This document shows, piece by piece, positions 48,666-57,835 of a stretch of 64,000 nt of DNA (position 1 is the stretch's first letter; each line of letters opens with the position of its first letter). Made by a program: the position numbers and the translations under genes. Source of the stretch: Clostridia bacterium (lineage in GTDB: Bacteria > Bacillota > Clostridia > TANB77 > CAG-508); the NCBI GenBank assembly GCA_017430135.1, contig JAFRNM010000004.1, positions 69,499 to 133,498 of the forward strand. Reading direction: 5' to 3'. Under the pieces are notes generated by a model. It worked only from the letters and a program-made list of their open reading frames with translations, was not told where the DNA came from and made no database searches.

Positions 48666-49461
48666 AGTTAGTCAAATAAAAGATGACTCGTTGCTTCCGC
48701 TGATCAAGGAAATCAACAAAATATCATGTAAGATTTGCATTAATCTTAACAAGGGCATGGTTGATGTAGAGAATGTTGAAGAAAACATGCTCGAAACAGT
48801 AATAGGGCTGGTAAATGATTATTTTTCCATTTCTAATGTTGATATTGACAACACCATTGAAGCTGCAACTGAAACAAATGATACTGAAAAGACGACGGCT
48901 TTAGAAGCAGAACTTTCAGAGGAAGATGTTGTGCGTAAAGTTGGAAACGAATATGTTGATAACAAAATAAATACACTTTGTAAGACTGTATATTGGGCTT
49001 TATCCACAGTTCATGCACCTGAGAAGGAATTGAGTGATTACCTTCAAACATGTATAAGCGAAATTTCTCTCAGATACTCAAACAAATCAGGCATAGAGTT
49101 TGAGGTCGGAGACATTGTTGATATTAATTTTGGTTCTGGTCTTCCAGGTGAGGTTTATAGAAACCATATCCATGCAATTGTAGTTAGCTTGGGGAATGAA
49201 GGGTTGGTGTACGTTGTACCCATAACCAAAAATAAAACAGATTTGAAATCTAAATCTTATATATGTTTTGAGGCTCCTGAGGATGCCATTTATTATAATG
49301 ATTATTTCACTGGAGGTGCTGCACTGGCTGACAAGACAAGGTGTATAAGAGTTGAAAGGTTGAATTCTGTTGTTGGTAAAACCAAGAAAGAATTCTTTGA
49401 AAAATTGGTTGATATTATACCAAATGCATTTGATTTTAAGAAAGAATGCATTGATTGGTAG
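48646..49461 (+). CDS. Second MazF/PemK-domain protein, with a C-terminal toxin fold and a ~150 aa N-terminal extension. It is translationally coupled to the preceding gene by a 20 nt overlap.
   Basis: VGDIVDINFGSGLPGEVYRNHIHAIVVSLGNEGLVYVVPITKNK...ADKTRCIRVERLNSVVGK fits the PemK/MazF pattern. GGAGGAAAATAAAG RBS lies inside the upstream gene. Confidence 0.65.
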   Translation: MKKLFFKVSQIKDDSLLPLIKEINKISCKICINLNKGMVDVENVEENMLETVIGLVNDYFSISNVDIDNTIEAATETNDTEKTTALEAELSEEDVVRKVGNEYVDNKINTLCKTVYWALSTVHAPEKELSDYLQTCISEISLRYSNKSGIEFEVGDIVDINFGSGLPGEVYRNHIHAIVVSLGNEGLVYVVPITKNKTDLKSKSYICFEAPEDAIYYNDYFTGGAALADKTRCIRVERLNSVVGKTKKEFFEKLVDIIPNAFDFKKECIDW

Positions 49462-49465
49462 ACAT

Positions 49466-49500
49466 TATCTGGGCAGGATTTATATCCTGCCCACTTTTAA
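49466..49500 (+). terminator. Intrinsic terminator ending the MazF-domain cassette.
   Basis: TCTGGGCAGGAT-ttatat-CCTGCCCA followed by CTTTT. Confidence 0.7.
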
Positions 49501-49673
49501 ATTCATAAATAAAAAATCATCTAATATATTTATATTAGATAATTTTTTTGCTTAAAAACTCTATACAAAAATAAAATTTAGATATATAATGTAAAAAAAT
49601 ACGGACTAAGGAATGTCTTCCAAAATTTTGGAATTCAATATATTTAGTATAAAAATTGAAGGGATGATTATAC

Positions 49674-51146
49674 ATGAAATTAGAAAAAATTCTACAAGGC
49701 TTAACAGAACTAAAACTTAGAGGAGACTTAAATACAGAAATTTCAGGAATTGAAAGTAATTCTAAAAATGTAAAACCAGGATTTTTATTTATAGCAATTA
49801 AGGGCTTTTCAGTAGATGGCCATAAATATATAGAAAGTGCAATAGAAAATGGAGCAACAGCTGTAATGGTACAAGAAGGTTGCGATTTAAAAGCACTTAA
49901 GATTCCAAATGATATTACAATAGTAATGGCAAAAGATACAAGATATGCATTAGCAATATGTTCAGCCAATTTCTATGGTAATCCATCAAGAAAATTTAAA
50001 TTGATAGGTGTTACAGGAACAAAAGGAAAAACAACAACAACTTTTATGATTAAAGAAATTTTAGAAAAAGCGGGAAAAAATGTTGGCTTAGTTGGAACAA
50101 TTGCTACATACATAAATGGAAAAATGCTTAAAGAAAGTGATAGAACAACACCAGAGAGTTTAGAACTTCAACAAATTTTTAGTCAAATGGTAGAAGAAAA
50201 AGTAGAATATGTTGTAATGGAAGTTTCATCACAAAGCTTAAAGTTACATAGAGTTGCTGGATGTGATTTTGATGTTGTATTGTTTACAAACTTCTCAGAA
50301 GATCATATAAGTGAAAAAGAACATCCAGATATGCAAGACTACTTTAACTCTAAAATGATGTTATTCAAAATGTGTAAAACAGGCTTTGTAAATGCAGATG
50401 ATTTATATGGTGCAAAAATTCCAAAATTATTCCCAGAAAGTGATATTACAACTTATGGAATTGATAATTCTGCAAAAATAATGGCAAGAGACATAACAAT
50501 TACAAATTCTTTTGTTGATTTCAAAGCAAAATTGGGAGAAAGAAATGACAGAGTAAAAGTTGGAATACCTGGAAGATTTAGTGTGTATAATTCATTAGCT
50601 GCAATTTGTGTTGCAAAAAAATTTGGAATTGCCCCAGAGATAATAAAGGAGGCTCTTTTAGATGTAAGAGTTCCAGGACGTTCAGAGCTTGTTAAAAATA
50701 AATTAGATTTACCAATAATGATAGATTATGCTCATTCGCCAGAAAGCTTAGAAAACATACTTCAAGCTGTAAAAGGCTATACAAGAGGAAATGTTATAAG
50801 TGTATTTGGCTGTGGGGGAGATAGAGATAGTGGTAAAAGACCAATAATGGGAGAAATATCTGGTAAAATAGCAGATTACACAATCATCACATCAGATAAC
50901 CCAAGAACAGAAAATCCAGAAGAAATAGTAAAACAAATAGAAGCTGGAATTAAGAAAACAAACGGAAAATACAAAGTTATAGTTGATAGAACAGAGGCAA
51001 TAAAAGAAGCTATCAAAATGGCTCACAAAAACGACTTAATTGTACTAGCTGGAAAAGGTCACGAGCCATATCAAGAAATAAATGGTGTTAAATATCCATT
51101 TGATGAAAGAATAATAGTAAATGAAATAATCGATGGATTAGACTAA
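49674..51146 (+). CDS. murE: UDP-N-acetylmuramoyl-L-alanyl-D-glutamate--2,6-diaminopimelate ligase.
   Basis: Mur ligase motifs IGVTGTKGKTTTT and DYAHSPESL. Conserved C-terminal domain. Confidence 0.9.
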   Translation: MKLEKILQGLTELKLRGDLNTEISGIESNSKNVKPGFLFIAIKGFSVDGHKYIESAIENGATAVMVQEGCDLKALKIPNDITIVMAKDTRYALAICSANFYGNPSRKFKLIGVTGTKGKTTTTFMIKEILEKAGKNVGLVGTIATYINGKMLKESDRTTPESLELQQIFSQMVEEKVEYVVMEVSSQSLKLHRVAGCDFDVVLFTNFSEDHISEKEHPDMQDYFNSKMMLFKMCKTGFVNADDLYGAKIPKLFPESDITTYGIDNSAKIMARDITITNSFVDFKAKLGERNDRVKVGIPGRFSVYNSLAAICVAKKFGIAPEIIKEALLDVRVPGRSELVKNKLDLPIMIDYAHSPESLENILQAVKGYTRGNVISVFGCGGDRDSGKRPIMGEISGKIADYTIITSDNPRTENPEEIVKQIEAGIKKTNGKYKVIVDRTEAIKEAIKMAHKNDLIVLAGKGHEPYQEINGVKYPFDERIIVNEIIDGLD

Positions 51147-51167
51147 GGAAAAAAGAAATAGAAAGGT

Positions 51168-52157
51168 TTGAGAAAATTGAATTTTAATATAATAATACTT
51201 TTAATATCTTTTGCAGTATCTGTAATGGCTGGAGTAATAACAATACCACAACTTAAAAGATTAAAGGTTGGGCAAATAGAAAGAGATGATGGACCACAAT
51301 CCCATTTAAAAAAACAAGGTACTCCTACAATGGGAGGAATAATAATAATTGCAACAATGATTATAGTTATAACTGGAATGTCCATATATTTAAATAGTGT
51401 GAATCAAGCTGAGACAGCAAACAAACTACTTCCAATGCTTATTTTAACAATAGGCTTTGGAATAGTTGGCTTTATAGATGATTTTAAAAAATTAGTTTTG
51501 AAAAATACAAAAGGTTTAAAACCAAGTTATAAGATGTTTGGATTACTTCTTATATCTGTTGCGTTTGTGGTTTATTTGGTATATGGATTACAAATTGGAA
51601 CAGATACATATATACCTATAGTAAAAACTTCTGTTACATTGCCAATATATTTTTACATTCCTTTTGCAATTTTAGTAATATTAGGTACTACTAATGCAAT
51701 AAACTTAACTGATGGAATAGATGGACTTTCATCAAGTGTAAGTTCTTTAATAATAACAACATTAACAATTATAGGAATACAAAAGTTTATACCAGAAATA
51801 GGATTTTATGGTAGCGCAGTAATAGGTGCAACATTAGGATTTTTAATGTTTAATTTGCACCCAGCAAAAGTATTTATGGGAGATACTGGTTCACTACTTT
51901 TAGGTGGTGTAATATCTGGAATGGCTTTATATTTAAAAATGCCATTACTACTTGTTATAATTGCTTTAATTCCAGTATTAGAAACAATTTCTGTAATGAT
52001 GCAAGTTGCATATTTCAAAAAAACAGGAAAAAGAATATTCAAAATGGCTCCATTACATCACCATTTTGAACTATCTGGCTGGAGCGAGAACAAAGTTGTT
52101 ATCATCTTTTGCCTTATAACTTTAGCTTTATGCGTTTTAGGTTTACAAATAGTATAA
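51168..52157 (+). CDS. mraY: Phospho-N-acetylmuramoyl-pentapeptide transferase.
   Basis: Ten TM helices. TPTMGG and DGIDGL motifs. TTG start. Confidence 0.9.
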   Translation: MRKLNFNIIILLISFAVSVMAGVITIPQLKRLKVGQIERDDGPQSHLKKQGTPTMGGIIIIATMIIVITGMSIYLNSVNQAETANKLLPMLILTIGFGIVGFIDDFKKLVLKNTKGLKPSYKMFGLLLISVAFVVYLVYGLQIGTDTYIPIVKTSVTLPIYFYIPFAILVILGTTNAINLTDGIDGLSSSVSSLIITTLTIIGIQKFIPEIGFYGSAVIGATLGFLMFNLHPAKVFMGDTGSLLLGGVISGMALYLKMPLLLVIIALIPVLETISVMMQVAYFKKTGKRIFKMAPLHHHFELSGWSENKVVIIFCLITLALCVLGLQIV

Positions 52158-52166
52158 TAATAACTA

Positions 52167-52372
52167 GAATATAATAATTTCGAAGCCCGCGAAAGCGCCA
52201 GCCACTGCATACTGCCGCTGTAACAGGCATAGCCTTAACAGCGGACAGCAAAACGAACGAAGTGAGTGCGACCTGGAGCAACTTACAGACTAGTTGTGCG
52301 AAAAATTGCATCGCAATTTTTCTGTACAACATAGGAAGTTGCGACGACAAGGGCAAGAAATAATTATATTTC
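52167..52372 (+). ncRNA. GC-rich structured repeat element, copy 3, carrying an extra 35-nt hairpin insertion.
   Basis: CCGCGAAAGCGCCA-[GCCGCTGTaacaggcatagccttaACAGCGG]-AAACGAACGAAGTGAGTGCGACCTGGAGCAACTT...AAGTTGCGACGACAAGG. Flanking imperfect inverted repeat GAATATAATAATTTCG / GAAATAATTATATTTC. Confidence 0.55.
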
Positions 52373-52407
52373 AGTTATTTAAAAAAATTTGGAAAGGAAA
52401 AGAAAAT

Positions 52408-53538
52408 ATGGCAAAAAAGAAAAAAAGTTTTTCGAGCTTTTTGAATAATCCAGTAGATTTTCCGCTATTGGTAGTAATACTGCTATTGCTAACAATTGGG
52501 TTAATAATGGTATTGTCTGCAAGTTCTCCGTCGGCATTGTCGGAAAGTGGAAATAGCTACAAATACTTTACAAAACAATTATTATTTGCTGTAATAGGAA
52601 TTGTAGCAATGCTTGCAATTTCTAAAATAGATTATAGATTTTATCAAAAATTTTACAAAAATGCATGGTGGATTTCGCTAATATTATTAGCATTGGTATT
52701 AATTGCAGGTAAAAATGTAAATGGTTCTAAAAGATGGATATATTTAACAGAAACATTATCATTCCAACCATCAGAATTAGTTAAGATATTGATGATTATA
52801 TTTTATGCTGGTATTTTAACGGTTAATAGAGATGAGTTAGGAAACTACAAATTGGGATTTTTAAAGCATATATGCTTATTAGCTCCAATAATAGGACTTC
52901 TAATGTTACAACCACATTTTAGTGCTTCAATAGTTATAGTTGGTATATGTAGTGTTATGATGATAGTTGCAGGGTGCAAATTCAAACATTTTGCTTTAAC
53001 CGCCGGTTCGGTGGGAGTACCCGCAATTGTAGGATTAATTATGTTTTCTCCATATAGATTACAAAGAGTTGTAACTTTCTTAGACCCATGGAAAGATAAA
53101 GCAGGAGACGGATGGCAAGTTATACAAAGTTTATATGCCATTGGCTCTGGAGGATTATTTGGAGCGGGATTAGGAGAGAGTAAACAAAAATATTTATATA
53201 TACCAGAACCACATAATGACTTTATTTTCTCAATTTTAGGCGAAGAGCTAGGATTTATAGGATGCGCGATTGTTATAATATTATTTGCGATTTTCATTTG
53301 GAGAGGTGTTTTGGTTGCAATGAGAGCACCAGATATGTTTGGAAGTCTTGTTGCAGTTGGAATTACAGCATTGGTTGCAATTCAAGTTATCATAAATATA
53401 GCAGTTGTTACATCTTCAATGCCAGTTACTGGTATGCCACTTCCGTTTTTTAGTTATGGAGGAACAGCCCTCTTCATGATTTTGTGTGAGATGGGAATAT
53501 TGCTCAATATTTCACGAGCAAGTAATAAAACAGCATAG
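52408..53538 (+). CDS. ftsW: Peptidoglycan glycosyltransferase FtsW/RodA (SEDS family).
   Basis: SEDS multi-TM topology with conserved DFIFSILGEELGF and PLPFFSYGGT motifs. True ATG at 52408 after GGAAAGGAAAAGAAAAT; the ORF-track start at 52294 runs into the repeat. Confidence 0.85.
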   Translation: MAKKKKSFSSFLNNPVDFPLLVVILLLLTIGLIMVLSASSPSALSESGNSYKYFTKQLLFAVIGIVAMLAISKIDYRFYQKFYKNAWWISLILLALVLIAGKNVNGSKRWIYLTETLSFQPSELVKILMIIFYAGILTVNRDELGNYKLGFLKHICLLAPIIGLLMLQPHFSASIVIVGICSVMMIVAGCKFKHFALTAGSVGVPAIVGLIMFSPYRLQRVVTFLDPWKDKAGDGWQVIQSLYAIGSGGLFGAGLGESKQKYLYIPEPHNDFIFSILGEELGFIGCAIVIILFAIFIWRGVLVAMRAPDMFGSLVAVGITALVAIQVIINIAVVTSSMPVTGMPLPFFSYGGTALFMILCEMGILLNISRASNKTA

Positions 53539-53560
53539 ATTATTAAAAGAGGTGAATGAA

Positions 53561-54694
53561 ATGAGAGTTATTATTGCTGCTGCAGGTACTGCTGGACATA
53601 TAAATCCAGGGCTTGCGATAGCTAATAAAATAAAAAAAGAACAACCTAATTCTGAAATTATTTTTATAGGAACTTCAAGAGGTTTAGAAAATGATTTAGT
53701 GCCAAGGGCAGGCTATGAATTAAAAACAATAGAAGCGTATGGATTAAGCAAAAAGATTTCTTTTGATAATCTAAAAAAATTGGTTAAAACTTTTATAGGA
53801 ATGGGGCAAGCAAAGAAAATTGTAAAACAATTTAAACCAGACATTGTAATTGGAACTGGTGGATACATTTGTGGAGCAGTTATTACAGCAGCGAGCAAAC
53901 AAGGAATTCCAACTCTTTTGCATGAGAGTAATGCTTTTCCAGGTAAAGCTGTTAAGATGTTAGCCAAAAGAACAGATACAATTTTAGTTTCTTTCCAAGA
54001 TGCCAAAGACAGAATTCCGGATGCTAAAAATATAGTTTGCACAGGAACTCCTGTAAAAATTAAAAAGCAAAATTATGGAATAAATGAGAAAAATGAAATT
54101 ATAAAAGAAAATGGTCTAAATGCTTCAAAACCAATTGTTTTAGTTTATGGAGGAAGCCAAGGGGCTCAAAAAATTAATGAAGCTTTAACAGAAATTATAA
54201 AGAAAAAGCTAAATAAAAATTACCAAGTAATCTGGGCAACTGGGCCAAAACAATACGACATAATCAAAGAAAATTTGGGTGAAATTGATATAGAAAACAT
54301 TGAAAATATGAAAGTTGTTCCGTATATTTATGATATGGAAAAAATTATGAATATTGCTGATTTAATTGTAGCAAGAAGCGGAGCAATGACAATTACAGAA
54401 ATATCAAATTTAGGAAAAGCATCAATTTTAGTGCCATTGCCAAATGTAAGTAATAACCATCAAATGTATAATGCGAAGGTACTAGAAAAAATAAATGCAG
54501 CTGAAATTATAGAAAATGACAACATGAATGGAGAACTCTTAAATAAGACAATAAATGAAATTGTGTCAGATAAAGAAAAAATAAAGCTTATGGGAGCAAG
54601 TGCATATAGCATTTCTATAAAAGACACACAGGATAAGATTTTTAAAGAGATTTTAGCATTGTTAAATAGAAATATATTGAAACAAAAAAAATAG
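53561..54694 (+). CDS. murG: UDP-N-acetylglucosamine--N-acetylmuramyl-(pentapeptide) pyrophosphoryl-undecaprenol N-acetylglucosamine transferase.
   Basis: MRVIIAAAGTAGHINPGLAIA N-terminus. GGSQGA motif. ATG at 53561 after AAGAGGTGAATGAA. Confidence 0.9.
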   Translation: MRVIIAAAGTAGHINPGLAIANKIKKEQPNSEIIFIGTSRGLENDLVPRAGYELKTIEAYGLSKKISFDNLKKLVKTFIGMGQAKKIVKQFKPDIVIGTGGYICGAVITAASKQGIPTLLHESNAFPGKAVKMLAKRTDTILVSFQDAKDRIPDAKNIVCTGTPVKIKKQNYGINEKNEIIKENGLNASKPIVLVYGGSQGAQKINEALTEIIKKKLNKNYQVIWATGPKQYDIIKENLGEIDIENIENMKVVPYIYDMEKIMNIADLIVARSGAMTITEISNLGKASILVPLPNVSNNHQMYNAKVLEKINAAEIIENDNMNGELLNKTINEIVSDKEKIKLMGASAYSISIKDTQDKIFKEILALLNRNILKQKK

Positions 54695-54770
54695 CAGATT
54701 TTCTGCTATTTTTTGGTTGAAATTCATTGCCTTATTTGTTATAATATTACCTGGAAAAGAGGAATAATAA

Positions 54771-56181
54771 ATGTTTAAAAATATACAATCTAAAATAATA
54801 TTAATAATGCTTTTATGCGGCTTAATTATTATAACGGGAATAGGGGTTAGAAATATAATGCTTTTAAATGACTTAGCAAACAATTCTGCAGAATTAACAC
54901 GGAAAGATTGAAGAAGTCAGAACAAGTGCAGAAATCACCTTAGTTATAGGAGTTGTAGCATTTATTATAATTGCATTTTTAATAAAATATTATCTTTCAA
55001 AATTTGTAATTTATCCAATAAATAGGTTAATTAAAAGTGCTGAAACTATGCAAAATAAAGATGAGGCAAAAAAAGTAAGCAAAAAGGAAAATATAGAAAA
55101 TGCTGATGAGATTTTTGGGTTAATGACAACAGAACTAAAGGAACAATTAAATGAAGTATCAACAAAGAAAAATCAAATTGAGACAATTTTAAGGCACATG
55201 ACAGATGGAATTGTAGCCTTCAATATGGATGGAGAAATAATTTTAATAAATCCAGAAGCTAAGAAATTGCTAAGTATAAGACCAGAAGATACAACATTTG
55301 AAGATATCTTTAATAAATTTAAATTAGATATAAACATGGAAAAAATTATCTATTTGGAAAATTGGACATCATCTGAACAAAGAGTAGAGGTTGATGATAA
55401 ATATATAAATATTTACTTTGCACCATTCAAAAATCAGGATGATAGACCAGATGGAGTAATTGCAGTAGTTCAAGATATTACAGAACATGTAAAGCTAGAT
55501 AATATGAGAAAAGAATTTGTCGCAGATGTATCACATGAGTTAAAAACACCAATTACTTCAATAATGGGATATGCAGATACATTGCTAGAAGGAGAATATG
55601 ACAAAGAAACGCAAGACAAATTTTTAAATGTAATTGCAACAGAAGCAAGAAGAATGGCTAAATTGGTTACAGATTTATTAACTCTTTCTAGATATGATAG
55701 TAAAAAGAAAAAGACAGAAAAGGTTGCATTTGACTTAGGGGAGTTAGTAAAAAGATGCCAAGATAAGCTTGCAATTGAGATAAAGAAGAAAAATCATACT
55801 GTAAATTGTTTTGTAACAGCAGATGTGCCACCAGTATATGCAGATAAAGATGATATAGAAAGAGTTGTGTTAAATATACTTACAAATAGCATAAAATATA
55901 CAAAAGATGGCGGTGAAATTAAGATATATGTAGGTTTTGTATATAATGATGCATATATAAAAGTTTTTGATAATGGAATAGGAATTCCAGAAGAAGACCT
56001 AAATAGAATATTTGAAAGGTTTTATAGAGTTGACAAAGCTCGAACAAGAGAAATGGGTGGAACTGGTCTTGGACTTTCAATTGCAAAAGAAATACTAGAT
56101 AAAAATGGTGGAAGTATAGATATAAAAAGTGTTGTAGGACAAGGAACAGAAGTTGTAATAAAAATTCCTACAAAGAATTAA
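54771..56181 (+). pseudogene. Orphan sensor histidine kinase (TM1-short loop-TM2-PAS-HisKA-HATPase) interrupted by a 1-nt frameshift near 54898-54911.
   Basis: N-terminal frame (54771-54911) encodes MFKNIQSKIILIMLLCGLIIITGIGV...AELTRKD*. The +1 frame opens at 54898 and continues ...KIEEVRTSAEITLVIGVVAFIIIAFLIKYY...YPINRLIKSAETMQNKDEA into the track ORF 55048-56181. That ORF carries PAS, ADVSHELKTPITSI (the H-box) and an HATPase_c domain (GGTGLGLSIAK). No response regulator is adjacent. Confidence 0.6.
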
Positions 56182-56207
56182 GTGTTTTAAGAAAATTATG
56201 AAAAGAG

Positions 56208-56870
56208 GTGCTTGAATTGAATAAACTTGATCCCAAGTTAAAAGATGCATTAGAATGGATTGGTTGCTTTATAATTGCAATAGTTGTAATATTTTTGGGT
56301 AGATTTTTTATTGGCACACCAACTATAGTAAAACAGATTTCTATGTACCCTACATTAGAACAAGACCAAAGATTATGGCTAAATAGATGGGGAAGAACTA
56401 TACATGCATTGCCAAAAAGAGGAGAAATAATAACTTTTGAAGAACCAAGTAAAATTAGTTATAGTGAAAGCGAAATAGATGTAAAAAATCCTGTGGCTAA
56501 GTTTTATGATAGAAAAGGCTGGGAATGGTTTGTGGATGAATTCTTAGAATTTGGTGATAAAAGAAGTTATATAAAAAGAGTTATTGCACTTCCAGGAGAA
56601 CATGTTAAAATCGAAAATGGAAAAGTTTATATAGATGGAAAAGAATTGCAAGAAGATTATTTACAACCAGGTGTTGTAACTGATGTTGTAGGAGTTGGAT
56701 TCTCAGATTTTGTTGTTCCAGAAAATTGCGTTTTTGCTATGGGAGATAACAGAAATCATAGCACAGATTGTAGGTCTTTTGGATGTATTCCATTAGAGAA
56801 GATTGAGAGCACAGTGGCATTTAGATTTTGGCCTTTTGATAAATTTGGAGAAATTGATGGAACTAAATAG
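56208..56870 (+). CDS. Type I signal peptidase (SipS/LepB family), paralogue 1.
   Basis: SMYPTLEQDQRLWLNRWG (Ser box) and GDNRNHSTDCRSFG motifs. Start probably the TTG at 56217 (MNKLD...). Confidence 0.85.
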   Translation: MLELNKLDPKLKDALEWIGCFIIAIVVIFLGRFFIGTPTIVKQISMYPTLEQDQRLWLNRWGRTIHALPKRGEIITFEEPSKISYSESEIDVKNPVAKFYDRKGWEWFVDEFLEFGDKRSYIKRVIALPGEHVKIENGKVYIDGKELQEDYLQPGVVTDVVGVGFSDFVVPENCVFAMGDNRNHSTDCRSFGCIPLEKIESTVAFRFWPFDKFGEIDGTK

Positions 56871-56957
56871 CAAATTGTTAAGTATCTTGAAAAGCCTAAA
56901 AGTCTTGCTAAAAACAAAAAAATATTATATAATTAGATAGAATTTTTATGAAAAGAG

Positions 56958-57620
56958 ATGATTTTATTGGATAAAATTGATCCAAAGATAAAAAATGTGC
57001 TAGAGTGGATTGGTTGCTTTATAATTGCAATAGTTTTAGCATTATTATTTAGATTTTTTATAGGTACTCCAACTGTTGTAAAACAAGTTTCAATGTATCC
57101 TACATTAGAACAGAACCAAAGACTATGGCTTAATAGATGGGGAAGAACTATACATGCATTGCCAAAAAGAGGAGAAATAATAACTTTTGAAGAACCAAGT
57201 AAAATCAGTTATAGTGAAAGCGAAATAGATGTAAAAAATCCTGTTGCTAAATTTTACGATAGAAAAGGCTGGGAATGGTTTATAGATGAATTCCTAGAAA
57301 AGGGAGACAAAAGAAGTTATATAAAAAGAGTTATTGCACTTCCAGGAGAACATGTTAAAATCGAAAATGGAAAAGTTTATATAGATGGAAAAGAATTGCA
57401 AGAAGATTATTTACAACCAGGGGTTGTGACTGATGTTGTAGGGGTTGGATTCTCGGATTTTGTTGTTCCAGAAAATTGTGTTTTTGCTATGGGAGACAAC
57501 AGAAATCATAGCACAGATTGTAGGTCTTTTGGATGTATTCCATTAGAGAAGATTGAGAGCACAGTGGCATTTAGATTTTGGCCTTTTGATAAATTTGGTG
57601 GAATTGATTCTTCTAAATAA
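56958..57620 (+). CDS. Type I signal peptidase, paralogue 2 (tandem duplicate, ~90% identical to paralogue 1).
   Basis: Same motifs as paralogue 1. Long stretches of identical nucleotides are shared with the upstream copy. Confidence 0.85.
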   Translation: MILLDKIDPKIKNVLEWIGCFIIAIVLALLFRFFIGTPTVVKQVSMYPTLEQNQRLWLNRWGRTIHALPKRGEIITFEEPSKISYSESEIDVKNPVAKFYDRKGWEWFIDEFLEKGDKRSYIKRVIALPGEHVKIENGKVYIDGKELQEDYLQPGVVTDVVGVGFSDFVVPENCVFAMGDNRNHSTDCRSFGCIPLEKIESTVAFRFWPFDKFGGIDSSK

Positions 57621-57835
57621 TTTTTATAGATTATCTAGTTATTTTAAAGATACAGGCTAAATATTATTATTTTTTGCAACTCCCAACTGCATAAGAAACC
57701 ATAATTCAAAATTTTTTGCTCTTCGCAAAAATTTTGAAATGCTTTCTAATTTGTCGGTCCCCCCGAATGTTGCCTAAAAATAATAATATTTAGCCCCAGT
57801 TGTAAAATAAAGTCTTATATAAAGAGGGATAAATA

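Noticed and set aside
52294-52407. Upstream extensions of ftsW (from 52294) and murG (from 53486) in the ORF track.
   Set aside because: The extensions read through the GC-rich repeat and the preceding gene's 3' end. Good RBSs precede the internal ATGs at 52408 and 53561, which align with the conserved N-termini of FtsW and MurG.
52845-53297. A 150-aa minus-strand ORF antisense to ftsW, and a 63-aa plus-strand ORF at 53262-53453.
   Set aside because: They are embedded in the strongly conserved SEDS-family coding sequence with no translation signals. Antisense artefacts.
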